Part shown: positions 21,201 to 30,330 of the stretch, piece after piece | Layout of the letters: each line of letters starts with the position of its first letter | Numbering within the stretch: the first letter of the stretch is position 1 | Origin: Bdellovibrionia bacterium | GTDB lineage: Bacteria; Bdellovibrionota; UBA1018 | Reading direction: 5' to 3' | NCBI GenBank assembly: GCA_045805065.1 | Contig: JBJMMA010000090.1 | Location: 1 to 53,807 of the forward strand | DNA length: 53,807 nt | Translations under genes and position numbers: made by a program | The notes under the pieces: model-generated | Seen by the model: only the letters and a program-made list of their open reading frames with translations | Database searches by the model: none | What the model was told of the DNA's origin: nothing

Positions 21201-21808
21201 ATGGGTTCAATCGTTCCAGAGACAGCGATCGGTATCTTGTAGCCCGCTTCAGCGAAAAGTTTGTCGATGGCCAGGATCGCGGCTTTGACGTTTCTTGTGT
21301 CCTGGCAAGTCTCAAGAAGAAAGTAATCCACGCCGCCTTCGAGGAGTGCTTTGGCTTGAGCGTAGAAGTTCTCCTGCAAGGATTCGAACGTCACGCCGCC
21401 GGTGACAGATATCGCTTTCGTCGTTGGTCCGATCGAGCCCGCGACAAAGCGTGGCTTGTCGGGAGTGGAATAGCGAGCGGCTGCCTCGCATGCAATCCGC
21501 GCTGCTGCCAGGTTGATCTCATGAGCGCGAGAGCCCAGTCCATACTCGTCCAAAACGAGGGGAGTGCCGCCGAAGGTATTGGTCTCAATGATGTCGCAAC
21601 CGGATTTCAGATATTCCTCATGGATATCTCGCACAACGTCCGGGCGGCTGATCACGAGATACTCGTTACAGCCCTCAAGATCTGCTCCTCCGAAATCCGA
21701 AGCAGTGAGGTTACGGTTTTGAATGGCTGTTCCCATGGCACCATCGAGGACGAGGATGCGTTGATCTAAAGCGCTGATCAGCTGCGCAGTGCGTTGCGTT
21801 TGTTTCAT
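18272..21808 (-). CDS. metH: cobalamin-dependent methionine synthase
   Basis: DGAMGT, GLNCA, GGCCGT, GERTN, GDVHDIGKN, SGLL, RYSFGYPACP; all modules present. Confidence 0.97.
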   Translation of the reverse strand: MKQTQRTAQLISALDQRILVLDGAMGTAIQNRNLTASDFGGADLEGCNEYLVISRPDVVRDIHEEYLKSGCDIIETNTFGGTPLVLDEYGLGSRAHEINLAAARIACEAAARYSTPDKPRFVAGSIGPTTKAISVTGGVTFESLQENFYAQAKALLEGGVDYFLLETCQDTRNVKAAILAIDKLFAEAGYKIPIAVSGTIEPMGTMLAGQSIEALLASLSHLDLLYIGLNCATGPEFMTDPIRSLAALSRFRVACVPNAGLPDENGCYLETPEMVSGVLKRFIENGWINVVGGCCGTHHGHIHSLSELVAGRKPRVPQTTSRSFLSGVDYLEITDEMRPVIVGERTNVIGSKKFKTLICDEKYEEASEIARAQIKSGAQIIDMCLANPDRDEIEDMRRFLEFAIKKVRAPLMIDSTDEKVIEMALTYSQGKAIINSVNLEDGEERFEKVVPLAKQFGAALVVGTIDDDPEQGMGVTRARKLEIAERSYALLTEKYGVAPEDIYWDPLVFPCATGDQQYIGSAVETIEGIRLIKERFPRTKTILGISNVSFGLPPAGREVLNSVFLYHCVQAGLDLAIVNSEKLERFASIPAEEVKLAEDLLYNRGADPVAAFAAHFRNMTGASRKSKSSQEQLPLMERLPRYIIEGSKDGLQADLDEALKTMRPLEIINGPLMQGMDEVGRLFNTNQLIVAEVLQSAEAMKAAVAHLEPYMEKSDSSTRGKVLLATVKGDVHDIGKNLVEIILSNNGFKVVNLGIKVLPETLIQAVREHQPDIVGLSGLLVKSAQQMVVTADDFARAGIDTPVLVGGAALSANFVDKQIAKAYTTGTVAYASDAMNGLELAKQIVDPTRFAKLKSDLSERRAKLAQTQSAAPVTAAEIITQRNSAIDVLSEVPTPPDFERHILKNTPIEQIWKYVNPLMLYGRHLGIKGASVRMFDKDQKTLAELEEKDPKALGIWQAVQEVKEAYKDTPILAPSAVYQFFRAGSEGNHLHLFSGQGEKLTSFEFPRQRKMDGLCLADYTNPLQNNTLGSMPQDTVALFVVSVGKGVRELAENLKNRGDYLKSHIVQALALESAEAYAELLHSQLRKMWGHPDAPEMTMMERFQAKYRGKRYSFGYPACPRLDDQALLWKLLEPQQIGVQLTDGFMMDPESSVSALVFHHPQATYFSVGRGGLEDDQR

Positions 21809-21850
21809 TGTGCTCCCAATGTAGCAAAGAAATCCTGTGAGAACAAAGAC

Positions 21851-22306
21851 TCAAACGCGATCTTGATCAGTTCCTGGCGACTGACTGCCGTCTTCGTTTT
21901 CGGGTGGGAGTGCCCCTTTTTTGATCAGATAAACTTGAAGGGCGTAAGCTCCGGCAACAAGTAGGGAGAGCGCGCAGGCTGCCAAAAGCAGATACGCGTA
22001 AAAGCTGTAATGAAGGTTGGGAGGAACCAATGTGGCTGGGAAAAAGCCTCGGGTATCCACAACAATGCAGGACGTGAAAAACGCAAGAAGGGCTGAGCAG
22101 AAGAGTGCGGCGGAAACCCAGAGCCAGTTGTTTCGGATTTGACTGAAAGAGGCTTTTCCTTGCCTGGAATCGCCGGTCAAGAAATCGTCGACATTATCGT
22201 AAGTTTTTCCATCCGAGCTTTCCTGAAGCTCCAGGGCTCGATATTTCTCGCCGAATTTGTCTTTTACAGAGTTGTTTTGTGACGGGTCGTCTCCGTTGGT
22301 AGGCAT
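21851..22306 (-). CDS. hypothetical 2-TM membrane protein
   Basis: 151-aa ORF with two hydrophobic helices, co-oriented with neighbours. Confidence 0.6.
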   Translation of the reverse strand: MPTNGDDPSQNNSVKDKFGEKYRALELQESSDGKTYDNVDDFLTGDSRQGKASFSQIRNNWLWVSAALFCSALLAFFTSCIVVDTRGFFPATLVPPNLHYSFYAYLLLAACALSLLVAGAYALQVYLIKKGALPPENEDGSQSPGTDQDRV

Positions 22307-22354
22307 GGCAGATAAAATGCTAGCGCGCCTGGAAGCTTACGTCGATAATTTTAG

Positions 22355-22819
22355 CTAAACATCCAATACAACTGTTGCCATCCATTCGGAAACGCCATTC
22401 GTGACCAGCTGCTTTACTTCGAATTGATGCTGAGTCACGGCCTTCACGTCGGTCAGAAGTTCCTGCTTTTCGGGATCGATTCGCTCACCCACAAGGTGCG
22501 CTCGAAGATGCCATTGGGAAGGGGATTTCTTTTCGACCTGAAGCTTATCCACGCGCAATAGTAGCTGATCGGCGTCCTTGTGGAAAAGAAGCTTTTCCAG
22601 AAACTCATGCAAGAGCTCGCCTATTGCTTTATCGGGGTCAGAGTTGTCTTGTGTGAGATCAATCAGGCGGGTCTCCAGTGCTTGGAGCCGTTCAGGCTCT
22701 TGAAGCATGACAGAGAGCGTTGCCTGAGCGGCATCTTGAAAAAGCCCCTCCAGGGTTTTGTTCCGTGCTTCGAAGGCCGTGTCGGCCCAGGTGATGTGAT
22801 CGAGGTACTGGTAGCCCAT
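22355..22819 (-). CDS. archease
   Basis: YQYLDH..AD, DVKAVT.H, terminal VLDV; directly downstream of rtcB. Confidence 0.92.
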   Translation of the reverse strand: MGYQYLDHITWADTAFEARNKTLEGLFQDAAQATLSVMLQEPERLQALETRLIDLTQDNSDPDKAIGELLHEFLEKLLFHKDADQLLLRVDKLQVEKKSPSQWHLRAHLVGERIDPEKQELLTDVKAVTQHQFEVKQLVTNGVSEWMATVVLDV

Positions 22820-22828
22820 GAGTGCCCC

Positions 22829-24277
22829 TCAGCCTTTTACATTGCCTACAGGAATAAAACGGCAGACGGGTTCACTGATTCCGGCCTTTTTGGCGGCCGC
22901 AACCACCTCATCAATGTTCTTGTAGGCATCGCCTGCTTCTTCTGACAAGGCAGCGTAAGAAGTGCTTCGGACGTAGATTCCATTTTTCTCCATTTTCTTA
23001 GCAAGCTCCCTGCCTGGAAACATCTTTTTGGCCTGATGTCTGCTCATCGTGCGGCCGCTCCCGTGGGCGGTGCTGAAGAAGGTCGAAGCGCCCGAAGGTG
23101 TTCCGGCTAGAAGATACGATCCGGTTTCCATGCTTCCACCGATGATGACGGCTTGTCCAAGGGATCGGTGCGCAGAAGGAATATCGCTCGCTCCTGGAGC
23201 AAATGCGCGAGTCGCGCCTTTTCGATGCACGAGAAGCTTCCGCTTGTTTCCATCGACTTCATGCTCTTCGAGGCGTGCCGTGTTGTGGGCGACGTCATAG
23301 ACCATCCGGAGACCGAGATCCTCAGGCGATTTGCCGAACTGATCGGAGAAAACTTCCCGGATCCGGTGAAGAATGACCTGCCGATTGGCAAAGGACATAT
23401 TGATCGCGCATTTCATCGCCGAGAAATAGGCCTGACCTTCTGGAGATTCAAAGGGGGCGGCGGCAAGTTCTTTGTCTTTTACTTGAATGTCATATTTCTT
23501 TTCCATGACTTCCAGAAAGAGCTTTAGATAATCGCTGGCGATCTGGTGGCCAAAACCTCGGCTTCCGCAATGAAACATGATGACCACTTGGCCAGGAAAT
23601 ATGCCAAATGCCTCGGCAAGTTTCGGGTTATAAATGTTCTCGGGCTTGACGACCTGGATCTCAAGATAATGGTTTCCTGATCCAAGGGTTCCCAAGTGAC
23701 TCATGCCGCGCTTCCAGGCAGTTGCGCTGACGGAGTCGGGGTTTGCTCCTGGCGTGCATCCTTGGTCTTCGGTAAGTTCTAAGTCTTCTTTCCAGGCATA
23801 ACCCTTCTTTGAGCACCATCGGGAGCCAGTGGCTGCAACTTCGCGGAACTCATCCTCTGAGAGTCTTACAAAGCCTGAGCTTCCAACGCCCGCGGGCACC
23901 CGCTTGAAAAGCCTATCGACCAAATCTCTGAGTTTGGGTTTGACCTCATCCCAGTGAAGATTGGTTTTAACAAGCCTCATTCCACAGTTGATATCAAAGC
24001 CGATCCCACCAGGAGAGATCACGCCCGATCTCACATCCATGGCTGCTACGCCTCCGATCGGAAAGCCATAGCCTGAGTGCGCATCCGGCATGCAGTAAGC
24101 GGCGCCCACGATCCCAGGCAACGTGGCAACGTTTGTAATCTGATCGATGACTGCGGCGTCCAGATGGTCCAAAAGTCCCGGTGTGCCGACCAGGCGAGCA
24201 GGAACTCTCATTCCTGTTTTATAAGATGTGGGAATTTCCCAAAGCGTATCTGATATTCTTTTGCCTGCTGTGATCAT
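22829..24277 (-). CDS. rtcB: RtcB RNA ligase
   Basis: MPDAH.GYGFPIGG, GFDINCG, GSGNHY.E, HCGSRG, HRKGAT, HGSGR, EEA..AYK. Confidence 0.96.
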   Translation of the reverse strand: MITAGKRISDTLWEIPTSYKTGMRVPARLVGTPGLLDHLDAAVIDQITNVATLPGIVGAAYCMPDAHSGYGFPIGGVAAMDVRSGVISPGGIGFDINCGMRLVKTNLHWDEVKPKLRDLVDRLFKRVPAGVGSSGFVRLSEDEFREVAATGSRWCSKKGYAWKEDLELTEDQGCTPGANPDSVSATAWKRGMSHLGTLGSGNHYLEIQVVKPENIYNPKLAEAFGIFPGQVVIMFHCGSRGFGHQIASDYLKLFLEVMEKKYDIQVKDKELAAAPFESPEGQAYFSAMKCAINMSFANRQVILHRIREVFSDQFGKSPEDLGLRMVYDVAHNTARLEEHEVDGNKRKLLVHRKGATRAFAPGASDIPSAHRSLGQAVIIGGSMETGSYLLAGTPSGASTFFSTAHGSGRTMSRHQAKKMFPGRELAKKMEKNGIYVRSTSYAALSEEAGDAYKNIDEVVAAAKKAGISEPVCRFIPVGNVKG

Positions 24278-24319
24278 GAAAGCTTGCCTCGATTGAAAGG
24301 CAACTCATGCAAGAAGAAT

Positions 24320-24871
24320 TCACGCCTTGGGGGCAACCCAGGGAACGTCGGGTACGTTGGCCAGATAGTTCGCATAGCGAGCGCTCACAAAAAGATAATC
24401 GCTCAGTCGATTGACGTACTTCAGGACGGCTGGTCGGCAGGGCTCCGCACGATGCAGGCCAGTCAGCTCACGCTCTGCCCGGCGGCTGACGGTGCGAGCA
24501 AAGTGAAGTGTGGAGGAGAGCTTGATGCCGCCCGGAAGAACGAATGTTTTCAAAGCGGGCATGCGGCTTTCCATTTCATCGATTTCCTTTTCAAGACTTT
24601 CGATGTGGCTGTCTTCAATCAAAGCCGTAGGCACTGACTTCTTTCGAGGTGTCGCAAGCTCCGCGCCCAGCTGGAAAAGCTCTCCTTGGAGTCTTCGAAT
24701 GCGCGTTGCAAGTTCACTGGGAACGCCTGGCTCAGAAAGAGCCATCCCCAGGACAGCATTGAGCTCATCAATCGTTCCGTAAGTGCGGATGCGATGGTCA
24801 TCTTTTGGAACGCGAACGTTTCCAAAGAGTCCAGTTTCGCCAGCATCGCCCTTCTTCGTATAAATTTTCAT
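24320..24871 (-). CDS. cob(I)alamin adenosyltransferase, PduO type
   Basis: KIYTKKGD.GET, YGTIDELN, RTVSRRAER, NRLSDYLF. Confidence 0.95.
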   Translation of the reverse strand: MKIYTKKGDAGETGLFGNVRVPKDDHRIRTYGTIDELNAVLGMALSEPGVPSELATRIRRLQGELFQLGAELATPRKKSVPTALIEDSHIESLEKEIDEMESRMPALKTFVLPGGIKLSSTLHFARTVSRRAERELTGLHRAEPCRPAVLKYVNRLSDYLFVSARYANYLANVPDVPWVAPKA

Positions 24872-24956
24872 AATAATCTCGGACCAGCTGCGCCGGTCTT
24901 TACTAAGGGACAGGCCAGGCCTGTCCTGGTCATCAAGCCCCCGCCTACTTTATGAC

Positions 24957-25826
24957 CTAACGTTTCCAGTGATACAAGACCATTCGTTTTTTCAGGCCGG
25001 AGCCTGCGACGCCCAGCACAAAAAAATCGGAAATCGAAGGATTGTCAGCAGATACCTGAGAGTTTGCAAGATAAGCGAGCCCTTCAACCTCAACGATTTC
25101 GTCGTTAAGATGAATGATTTTCTGAACTTTTCCGCTCATCAAATCCATATCGAAAATCGCATGCCCACCCATTGGATCATTGGCAGTCATGTACAGATGA
25201 TTATTGAAGTACTTTCCGCCCTGGATTAAGTCCAGCATGTCAGACATCGGGATCTGTCTGAGAGCTGCGCCCGTTCGCATATCGTAGAGGTTAATTCGCG
25301 TGGTCTTGTTATACTGAGCGGTAATGAGAGTTTGATGTTCCAGATCTGCCGTAATCCAGGGGATACCGTCTGGCAACCATTCAGGTGATAGCTCTAAAAG
25401 TTTCACAAGCTCAAGATCACTGCCTGTGTAGATACCCACAAACGGGCGTTGGTATTTTGGGCCATCCTCGATGGGCGCAAAGACGAAGCCGGAGACGACA
25501 TCAATATCACCAACATGATTTTCTCCCAGGCGCTTGAGCTCTTCCGGAATCGGATCGGAGTTTGTCGCTTTTGTTGAGCCTGTGAAACCTTTGACCCGAA
25601 TCATGTTCTGGTTTGCTGAATACCAGACATTTCCTTGCTGATCGGTGGCCAAGCCTTGGGTTCTTTGTAAGCTTTCAAAAAAGCCAAAGCGGCGAGCTTC
25701 TACTTCCACCCAAGGAGTTTCCTGCGAAAAGACAGGCCGTGAAAAAAGCAGTGAAGCTTGCAGGAAGGCTGAAAAAAGAAGAGCAAGCGAGCGCGAGCCA
25801 GTGGAAAACCGAAAATTGCCCATCAT
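24957..25826 (-). CDS. secreted beta-propeller-like hypothetical protein
   Basis: Signal peptide; repeated blade motifs QGLA, HVGDID, IQG, EVEGLA. Confidence 0.6.
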   Translation of the reverse strand: MMGNFRFSTGSRSLALLFSAFLQASLLFSRPVFSQETPWVEVEARRFGFFESLQRTQGLATDQQGNVWYSANQNMIRVKGFTGSTKATNSDPIPEELKRLGENHVGDIDVVSGFVFAPIEDGPKYQRPFVGIYTGSDLELVKLLELSPEWLPDGIPWITADLEHQTLITAQYNKTTRINLYDMRTGAALRQIPMSDMLDLIQGGKYFNNHLYMTANDPMGGHAIFDMDLMSGKVQKIIHLNDEIVEVEGLAYLANSQVSADNPSISDFFVLGVAGSGLKKRMVLYHWKR

Positions 25827-25876
25827 GAATTCCTCCCTGAAATTCAGCTTTTTTAAACAGACTTATTTAATTGTAG

Positions 25877-25892
25877 AGCAAGGTCAGGGCCC
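25877..25892 (-). promoter_or_regulatory. sigma54-type -24/-12 motif
   Basis: GGGCCCTGACCTTGCT upstream of the RBS-bearing ATG 25826. Confidence 0.5.
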
Positions 25893-25942
25893 AAGGCTAA
25901 TGAATTGCCGGGCTTAAAAATTCGAAGTTTAAAAATTCGAAG

Positions 25943-26800
25943 ATGGGCAGAAGTTGCCTGCGAGGTTCAAACTCCTTGCGCGGCGAGTCGGGTCTGAGTA
26001 GCATGACCTTCATGCGGACGCCTGATTTTAAGTCTTTTTGCGCACTTGGATGGATGGGGCTTTTAATTACCGCGCTGACGGTTCAAGTGGCAGGTGCCGC
26101 TCAAACAGCCGAGATTATCCAGCTTCACTATGCGGATCGGCCACCGTACGCGGTATCAGGCGCGAGTGACGAGCCTGAAGGGGCTGTCGCAACGGTAACA
26201 GCAAAAGTTTTCCGTCAGGCAAATATTCCTTTTGCCTGGGAAAAAACACCAGTGAACCGCCAGTTTGCGATTCTCAAGGAGAACAAAGGTCTTAATTGCG
26301 CCATTGGATTTGAGAAGACGGAAGAGCGCGAGCGCTTTGGAAAGTTTACAAAACCCGTGTATGTCAGTCAGCCCCTGATTGCGATTACAAGCCTGAAGGT
26401 AAATGAGAAGAACGGGGTGACGCTCACTCATATGCTCTCGAAGTACACGATTCTCGTCAAAGAGAATTACACGCAAGGAGCGATCATCACGAAGTTGATC
26501 GCAAACAGCTCAAATAAATATGTGACTTCGGTGGAGTCGCCGCAAATGGTTCAGATGATTGCACGTGCTCGAGCGGATTTCATGCTTCTCTCAAACGATG
26601 AGCTTGAATATTACGTGAAGCACGGGGTGATTGATTCTCACGATATTCATGTTCTGATGTTATCGGATGTGAATTTGCGCTTCAGTCGTCGCATCATGTG
26701 CAGCAAATCAGTCAGTGACCAGGTGATTGAAAAACTTGATCGAGTGATCGCGACTCTGCATGTTCAGCCTGCGCCGTACAAGAGTGTTGTCAAGCCTTAG
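25943..26800 (+). CDS. periplasmic substrate-binding protein (SBP family 3-like)
   Basis: RPPY, P.NR, KTEERE....FTKP, MIARARAD; real start probably ATG ~26003-26012. Confidence 0.75.
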   Translation: MGRSCLRGSNSLRGESGLSSMTFMRTPDFKSFCALGWMGLLITALTVQVAGAAQTAEIIQLHYADRPPYAVSGASDEPEGAVATVTAKVFRQANIPFAWEKTPVNRQFAILKENKGLNCAIGFEKTEERERFGKFTKPVYVSQPLIAITSLKVNEKNGVTLTHMLSKYTILVKENYTQGAIITKLIANSSNKYVTSVESPQMVQMIARARADFMLLSNDELEYYVKHGVIDSHDIHVLMLSDVNLRFSRRIMCSKSVSDQVIEKLDRVIATLHVQPAPYKSVVKP

Positions 26801-26810
26801 CCAGTAAGCG

Positions 26811-28370
26811 TCAGTCGATGGCTGCTTCTTCGATCGCGATCTGTTTCTTAGGGATGCGGATCACGAAAGATGTGTGCGCGGCCTTATCATCCAGAACCAG
26901 CTCGCCATGGTGAGCGCGCAGGATTCCAAAAGAAATGCTGAGCCCTTGGCCCGTACCTTTGCCGATTTCCTTGGTCGTGAAGAAAGGCTGAAAGAGTTTT
27001 CTTTGAACCTCGGCAGGAATGCCTGAGCCGCTGTCTGTCACTCGGATTTCGACCTTGGAATCGAGATCGCGCGCGGTGATCCTGATCCATTTCTCCTGTT
27101 GTTCGTCCTCTTGAGCAATCACCGCATCATAGGCATTATTCAGAAGGTTTAATAAAACCTGGCTGAGTTCCGTTTCGCGCCCCTCAAAGCAAAGCTCGCT
27201 TGAAAGCGGGTCAATGATCAAGGAAATCTCATGCGCCTTGAATCGCTCCGCGCAGAAACCCAGAGTACTCTCAATGAGATGATGGACTTTGATTTCCTCA
27301 ATCGGGTCATGACTTGCGTCGCGAGAGAAGTCCCGAAGACCCTGGATGATTCGCGCGATGCGATCGGTTAACTCGATCATGGATGAGATCATGCGTTTGA
27401 ACTCATCTCGGTCGTAGTGCTCGTTGCTGAGGGTTTTACTCATCAGATAAGATAAGCCCTGGATTGCGGTCAGGGGATTATTGATCTCGTGAGCCATTCC
27501 TCCCGCCATTTCACCTAATGCGGATAATTTGGCTGCGGCAATTAAAACGTTTTGTTGCTCAGTAATGATCCTTTGCGACTCGCGAAGCTGGTGTGTGCGC
27601 TCTTCAACTTTGTTTTCAAGTTCCTGATTGAAGGTGTTGAGCTTCTCGTAGGATTGATGAAGGTTTACCTTCATTCGATTGATGGCGTTGACGAGGACAT
27701 CGAGCTCGTCGGTTGCATTCAAGGTGCCAGGCGCTTTCTTATCCCGGGAAAGCTTAAGGTCAGGCGTAAAGCCAGAGAAGTCGAGCTTCTTTAAATAGTC
27801 TGTGATCGTAATCAGGTGGCGGATGAGAAGGTGACGAATGACTAAGAATAGAAGTGCCGAAACAATCAGCGTTTTGATCAATTGAGCAAAGAAGATGAAA
27901 ATCAGTGTCTTTTGCAACTTGCTGTAGATGTGATCGAGCGTAGCGACGACTCGCATCTGTCCCAGGAAAACGACCTCGGTGCGATTCTGGTAATTCAGTG
28001 GGAATGTTTGTGTCAGCGTTTTTCCAGAGGCAGGTTTGCCCGCGCTGAATAGGATTTTCTCACCTTCAGTGATTTCAACATACTGGACACCCGGTACGTG
28101 AAGAATTCCCCTGAGAGCGGCCCGGATCTGGGGGGCGTTCATCTCCCATATGGATTGAGTCAGACCGGCAGAATAGCCCTTTTCAATAAGTTCCAGGTCC
28201 TCACGTAGATCTCGAACTTCATCGTGGTAATTCAAACTCAGCTGCACGCTGGTTGTGATGAGAGTCATTCCGGAAATGATGATCAAGACCGCCGATAAGA
28301 GCTGGATCGAAACCGACGTGCGGTACCGATCAGCGATCGAGCGTAATTTTGATTTTAGCCAGTTGCCCAT
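26811..28370 (-). CDS. membrane sensor histidine kinase (2 TM, HAMP, HisKA, HATPase)
   Basis: LGEMAGGMAHEINNPL, NLLNNAYDA, DSGSGI, FFTTK, GTGQGLSIS. Confidence 0.92.
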   Translation of the reverse strand: MGNWLKSKLRSIADRYRTSVSIQLLSAVLIIISGMTLITTSVQLSLNYHDEVRDLREDLELIEKGYSAGLTQSIWEMNAPQIRAALRGILHVPGVQYVEITEGEKILFSAGKPASGKTLTQTFPLNYQNRTEVVFLGQMRVVATLDHIYSKLQKTLIFIFFAQLIKTLIVSALLFLVIRHLLIRHLITITDYLKKLDFSGFTPDLKLSRDKKAPGTLNATDELDVLVNAINRMKVNLHQSYEKLNTFNQELENKVEERTHQLRESQRIITEQQNVLIAAAKLSALGEMAGGMAHEINNPLTAIQGLSYLMSKTLSNEHYDRDEFKRMISSMIELTDRIARIIQGLRDFSRDASHDPIEEIKVHHLIESTLGFCAERFKAHEISLIIDPLSSELCFEGRETELSQVLLNLLNNAYDAVIAQEDEQQEKWIRITARDLDSKVEIRVTDSGSGIPAEVQRKLFQPFFTTKEIGKGTGQGLSISFGILRAHHGELVLDDKAAHTSFVIRIPKKQIAIEEAAID

Positions 28371-28526
28371 CGAGTTTTGAACCTGAGTTGTACCAGAGTT
28401 GAAAACGAGTTCAGGCTTTGTTTGAACCAGCGAGCTAAATCGAGACGAGCAAAGCCGTGCTCTGTATACTCAATTTCATCAGCTTTAGTGAGAAAAAGGC
28501 TAGAAAAAAGAGAACTTGGGGAAGAA

Positions 28527-28603
28527 TGGAGCGGGCTAAGGGGTTCGAACCCTCGACCTCCACGTTGGCAACGTGGCGCTCTAGCCAACTGAGCTAAGCC
28601 CGC
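28527..28603 (-). tRNA. tRNA-Gly(GCC)
   Basis: Reverse complement GCGGGCT...CCACG-TTGCCAA-CGTGG...GTTCGAACC...AGCCCGC-TCCA; 77 nt. Confidence 0.97.
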
Positions 28604-28709
28604 ACTCCAAAATCGAGAGACCTTTCTTTAAACATGGGTCAGTTTTTGGGTCAAGCAACTTTTCAAAGAAAGCGGCTAAAAGATTAAAATTCTTACCCGA
28701 CTGGTAAGA

Positions 28710-29471
28710 TTAGGCTCTGGGCCGATGGGCTTTTGCGGCAAGTCTCGCGGCCCGAGCTGCGCGTCTGGCCTCGCGAGCGAGTCTTCTTTCCTTTTGGCGA
28801 TGCTTTCTTTGCTCCTTAATGGCTCTAAAGAAATCGACAATATAGGACTTCGCCGACCATAAGCTAATGGCCAATGAGATATAGAGCAGTACCATTCCGA
28901 CAGGGTAAAGAGGGAGTCCCAGAAGCTTGCGGTTTTGATCGCAGGCCATGATGAGAGGAATAGCGACCATCTGGGTGCCGGTTTTCCATTTTCCGCCGCC
29001 AGAGGCATCAATGATGACGCCCTCAGCACTCGCCAAGGCGCGAAGACCTGTAATGGCAAGCTCACGACAAATCAGCAAAATGACAACAACCGGATGAATC
29101 CGGCCAAGTTCCTGAAGCATGATCAGAGCCGAGACGACAAGAAATTTATCGGCCAGCGGATCCAGTAGCTTTCCGTAAACGGTGACCACTTTGCGTGTCC
29201 GGGCAAGATATCCGTCGAAATAGTCCGTGATGCTGGCAACAGTAAAGGCCAGTGCCGCAATCAGATCAGCTGTCGGAGTTTTGATAAACAAAAGCCCCAC
29301 CACGATCGGCACAAAGGCGATGCGGATCATTGTCAGCCAGTTTGGCGTCGTATTGAATGTGAGCTCGTCGTGACCCGTTGGTTCGCCCGATGAATCACCC
29401 GACGGATCACCAGACGAATTGGGTGACGGCGTAGAAGAAGTGTTCAGCTCTGAAGGGGGTTCGACGGCCAT
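28710..29471 (-). CDS. pgsA: CDP-diacylglycerol--glycerol-3-phosphate 3-phosphatidyltransferase
   Basis: PNWLTMIRI, TDYFDGYLAR...GKLLDPLADK, RE..ITGLR, GKWKT..Q; followed by tRNA-Gly. Confidence 0.93.
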   Translation of the reverse strand: MAVEPPSELNTSSTPSPNSSGDPSGDSSGEPTGHDELTFNTTPNWLTMIRIAFVPIVVGLLFIKTPTADLIAALAFTVASITDYFDGYLARTRKVVTVYGKLLDPLADKFLVVSALIMLQELGRIHPVVVILLICRELAITGLRALASAEGVIIDASGGGKWKTGTQMVAIPLIMACDQNRKLLGLPLYPVGMVLLYISLAISLWSAKSYIVDFFRAIKEQRKHRQKERRLAREARRAARAARLAAKAHRPRA

Positions 29472-29541
29472 CTCTCCTTAAGTTTTATGAGCGACACTAG
29501 GGGTTTGTCCAGTTAGAATCAAAGCAGGGAAGATAAAAAGA

Positions 29542-30330
29542 ATGCGAAGACTCGCTCGTCATCACCTCTGGATAGTCGTTGGAGCGATCGGTGCTCTTGC
29601 CGCTGTCTGCCATGTCTTCGCTCTTGCTGCGCCGCAAGCGAGCACGAGTGCTCCTTCAAAACAGAGCGCAGTGAGTCGAGAAACTCCACCAACGATCCAA
29701 TCTCTGTTGAAGCCTGAAGTCTATCAACGGGTGCTGAAAGATCGAGGCATTGCCACTTACGCAAATCTGAAAGCCGTTAAAGACCCAGATCATCAAGGCG
29801 ATAAAGAATATTCATTCTATGCCGTCATGCAGACTCGCGCTGGAATCACTCGCACGCGCCAGGTTTTGACGGATTATCAGCTCTATTCAAAGCTGATTCC
29901 TTATGTCGATGAGGCATCTTACCAGCCCTCGACACATCTCCTGACACTTCAGGGAGGGATCTGGAAATGGAAACTTCGCTCGATTCTTCGCTTTGAAGAA
30001 AAGAGCGATCGATGGATTCACTTTCAAATCGTCGGCGGCCACTTCACCGGTATGACAGGTGATATTTTCTTTGAGCCCGGCGCAAGCTCTCAGTCCGGCG
30101 CGAGCGGTATTCCGGGAACCTTGGTCTTTATGCGAGGAAATCAGCAGGGAAGTCACTGGCCTCCCACGTTTATTCTTGAGCAGGGCGCACAGATTGTCTT
30201 TGAATTTACCGCCAAACGCATGCGATCCTATCTCGAGTCAAACCCAGATATCTCTCAAGAGAATTCTAAAGATAATAGATCAGGAAGATCTCAAAATGAC
30301 GAAATCCCCAAGCCTCGAAGTCATCTCTGA
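29542..30330 (+). CDS. secreted SRPBCC/START-like protein
   Basis: Signal peptide; VLTDY..Y..LIPYV and I.F....GHF pattern. Confidence 0.6.
   Translation: MRRLARHHLWIVVGAIGALAAVCHVFALAAPQASTSAPSKQSAVSRETPPTIQSLLKPEVYQRVLKDRGIATYANLKAVKDPDHQGDKEYSFYAVMQTRAGITRTRQVLTDYQLYSKLIPYVDEASYQPSTHLLTLQGGIWKWKLRSILRFEEKSDRWIHFQIVGGHFTGMTGDIFFEPGASSQSGASGIPGTLVFMRGNQQGSHWPPTFILEQGAQIVFEFTAKRMRSYLESNPDISQENSKDNRSGRSQNDEIPKPRSHL

Noticed and set aside
19499..21769. Long plus-strand ORFs antisense to metH (e.g. 19919-20848)
   Set aside because: Antisense shadows; no recognisable protein features
21809..21850. SAM or cobalamin riboswitch before metH (also checked before metF and the pduO-type gene)
   Set aside because: Intergenic gaps are short and no conserved riboswitch core was recognised; an Infernal/Rfam scan would settle it
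24278..24330. Sigma54 promoter for rtcB as in E. coli
   Set aside because: TTGCA is present but there is no GG at the required N10 spacing
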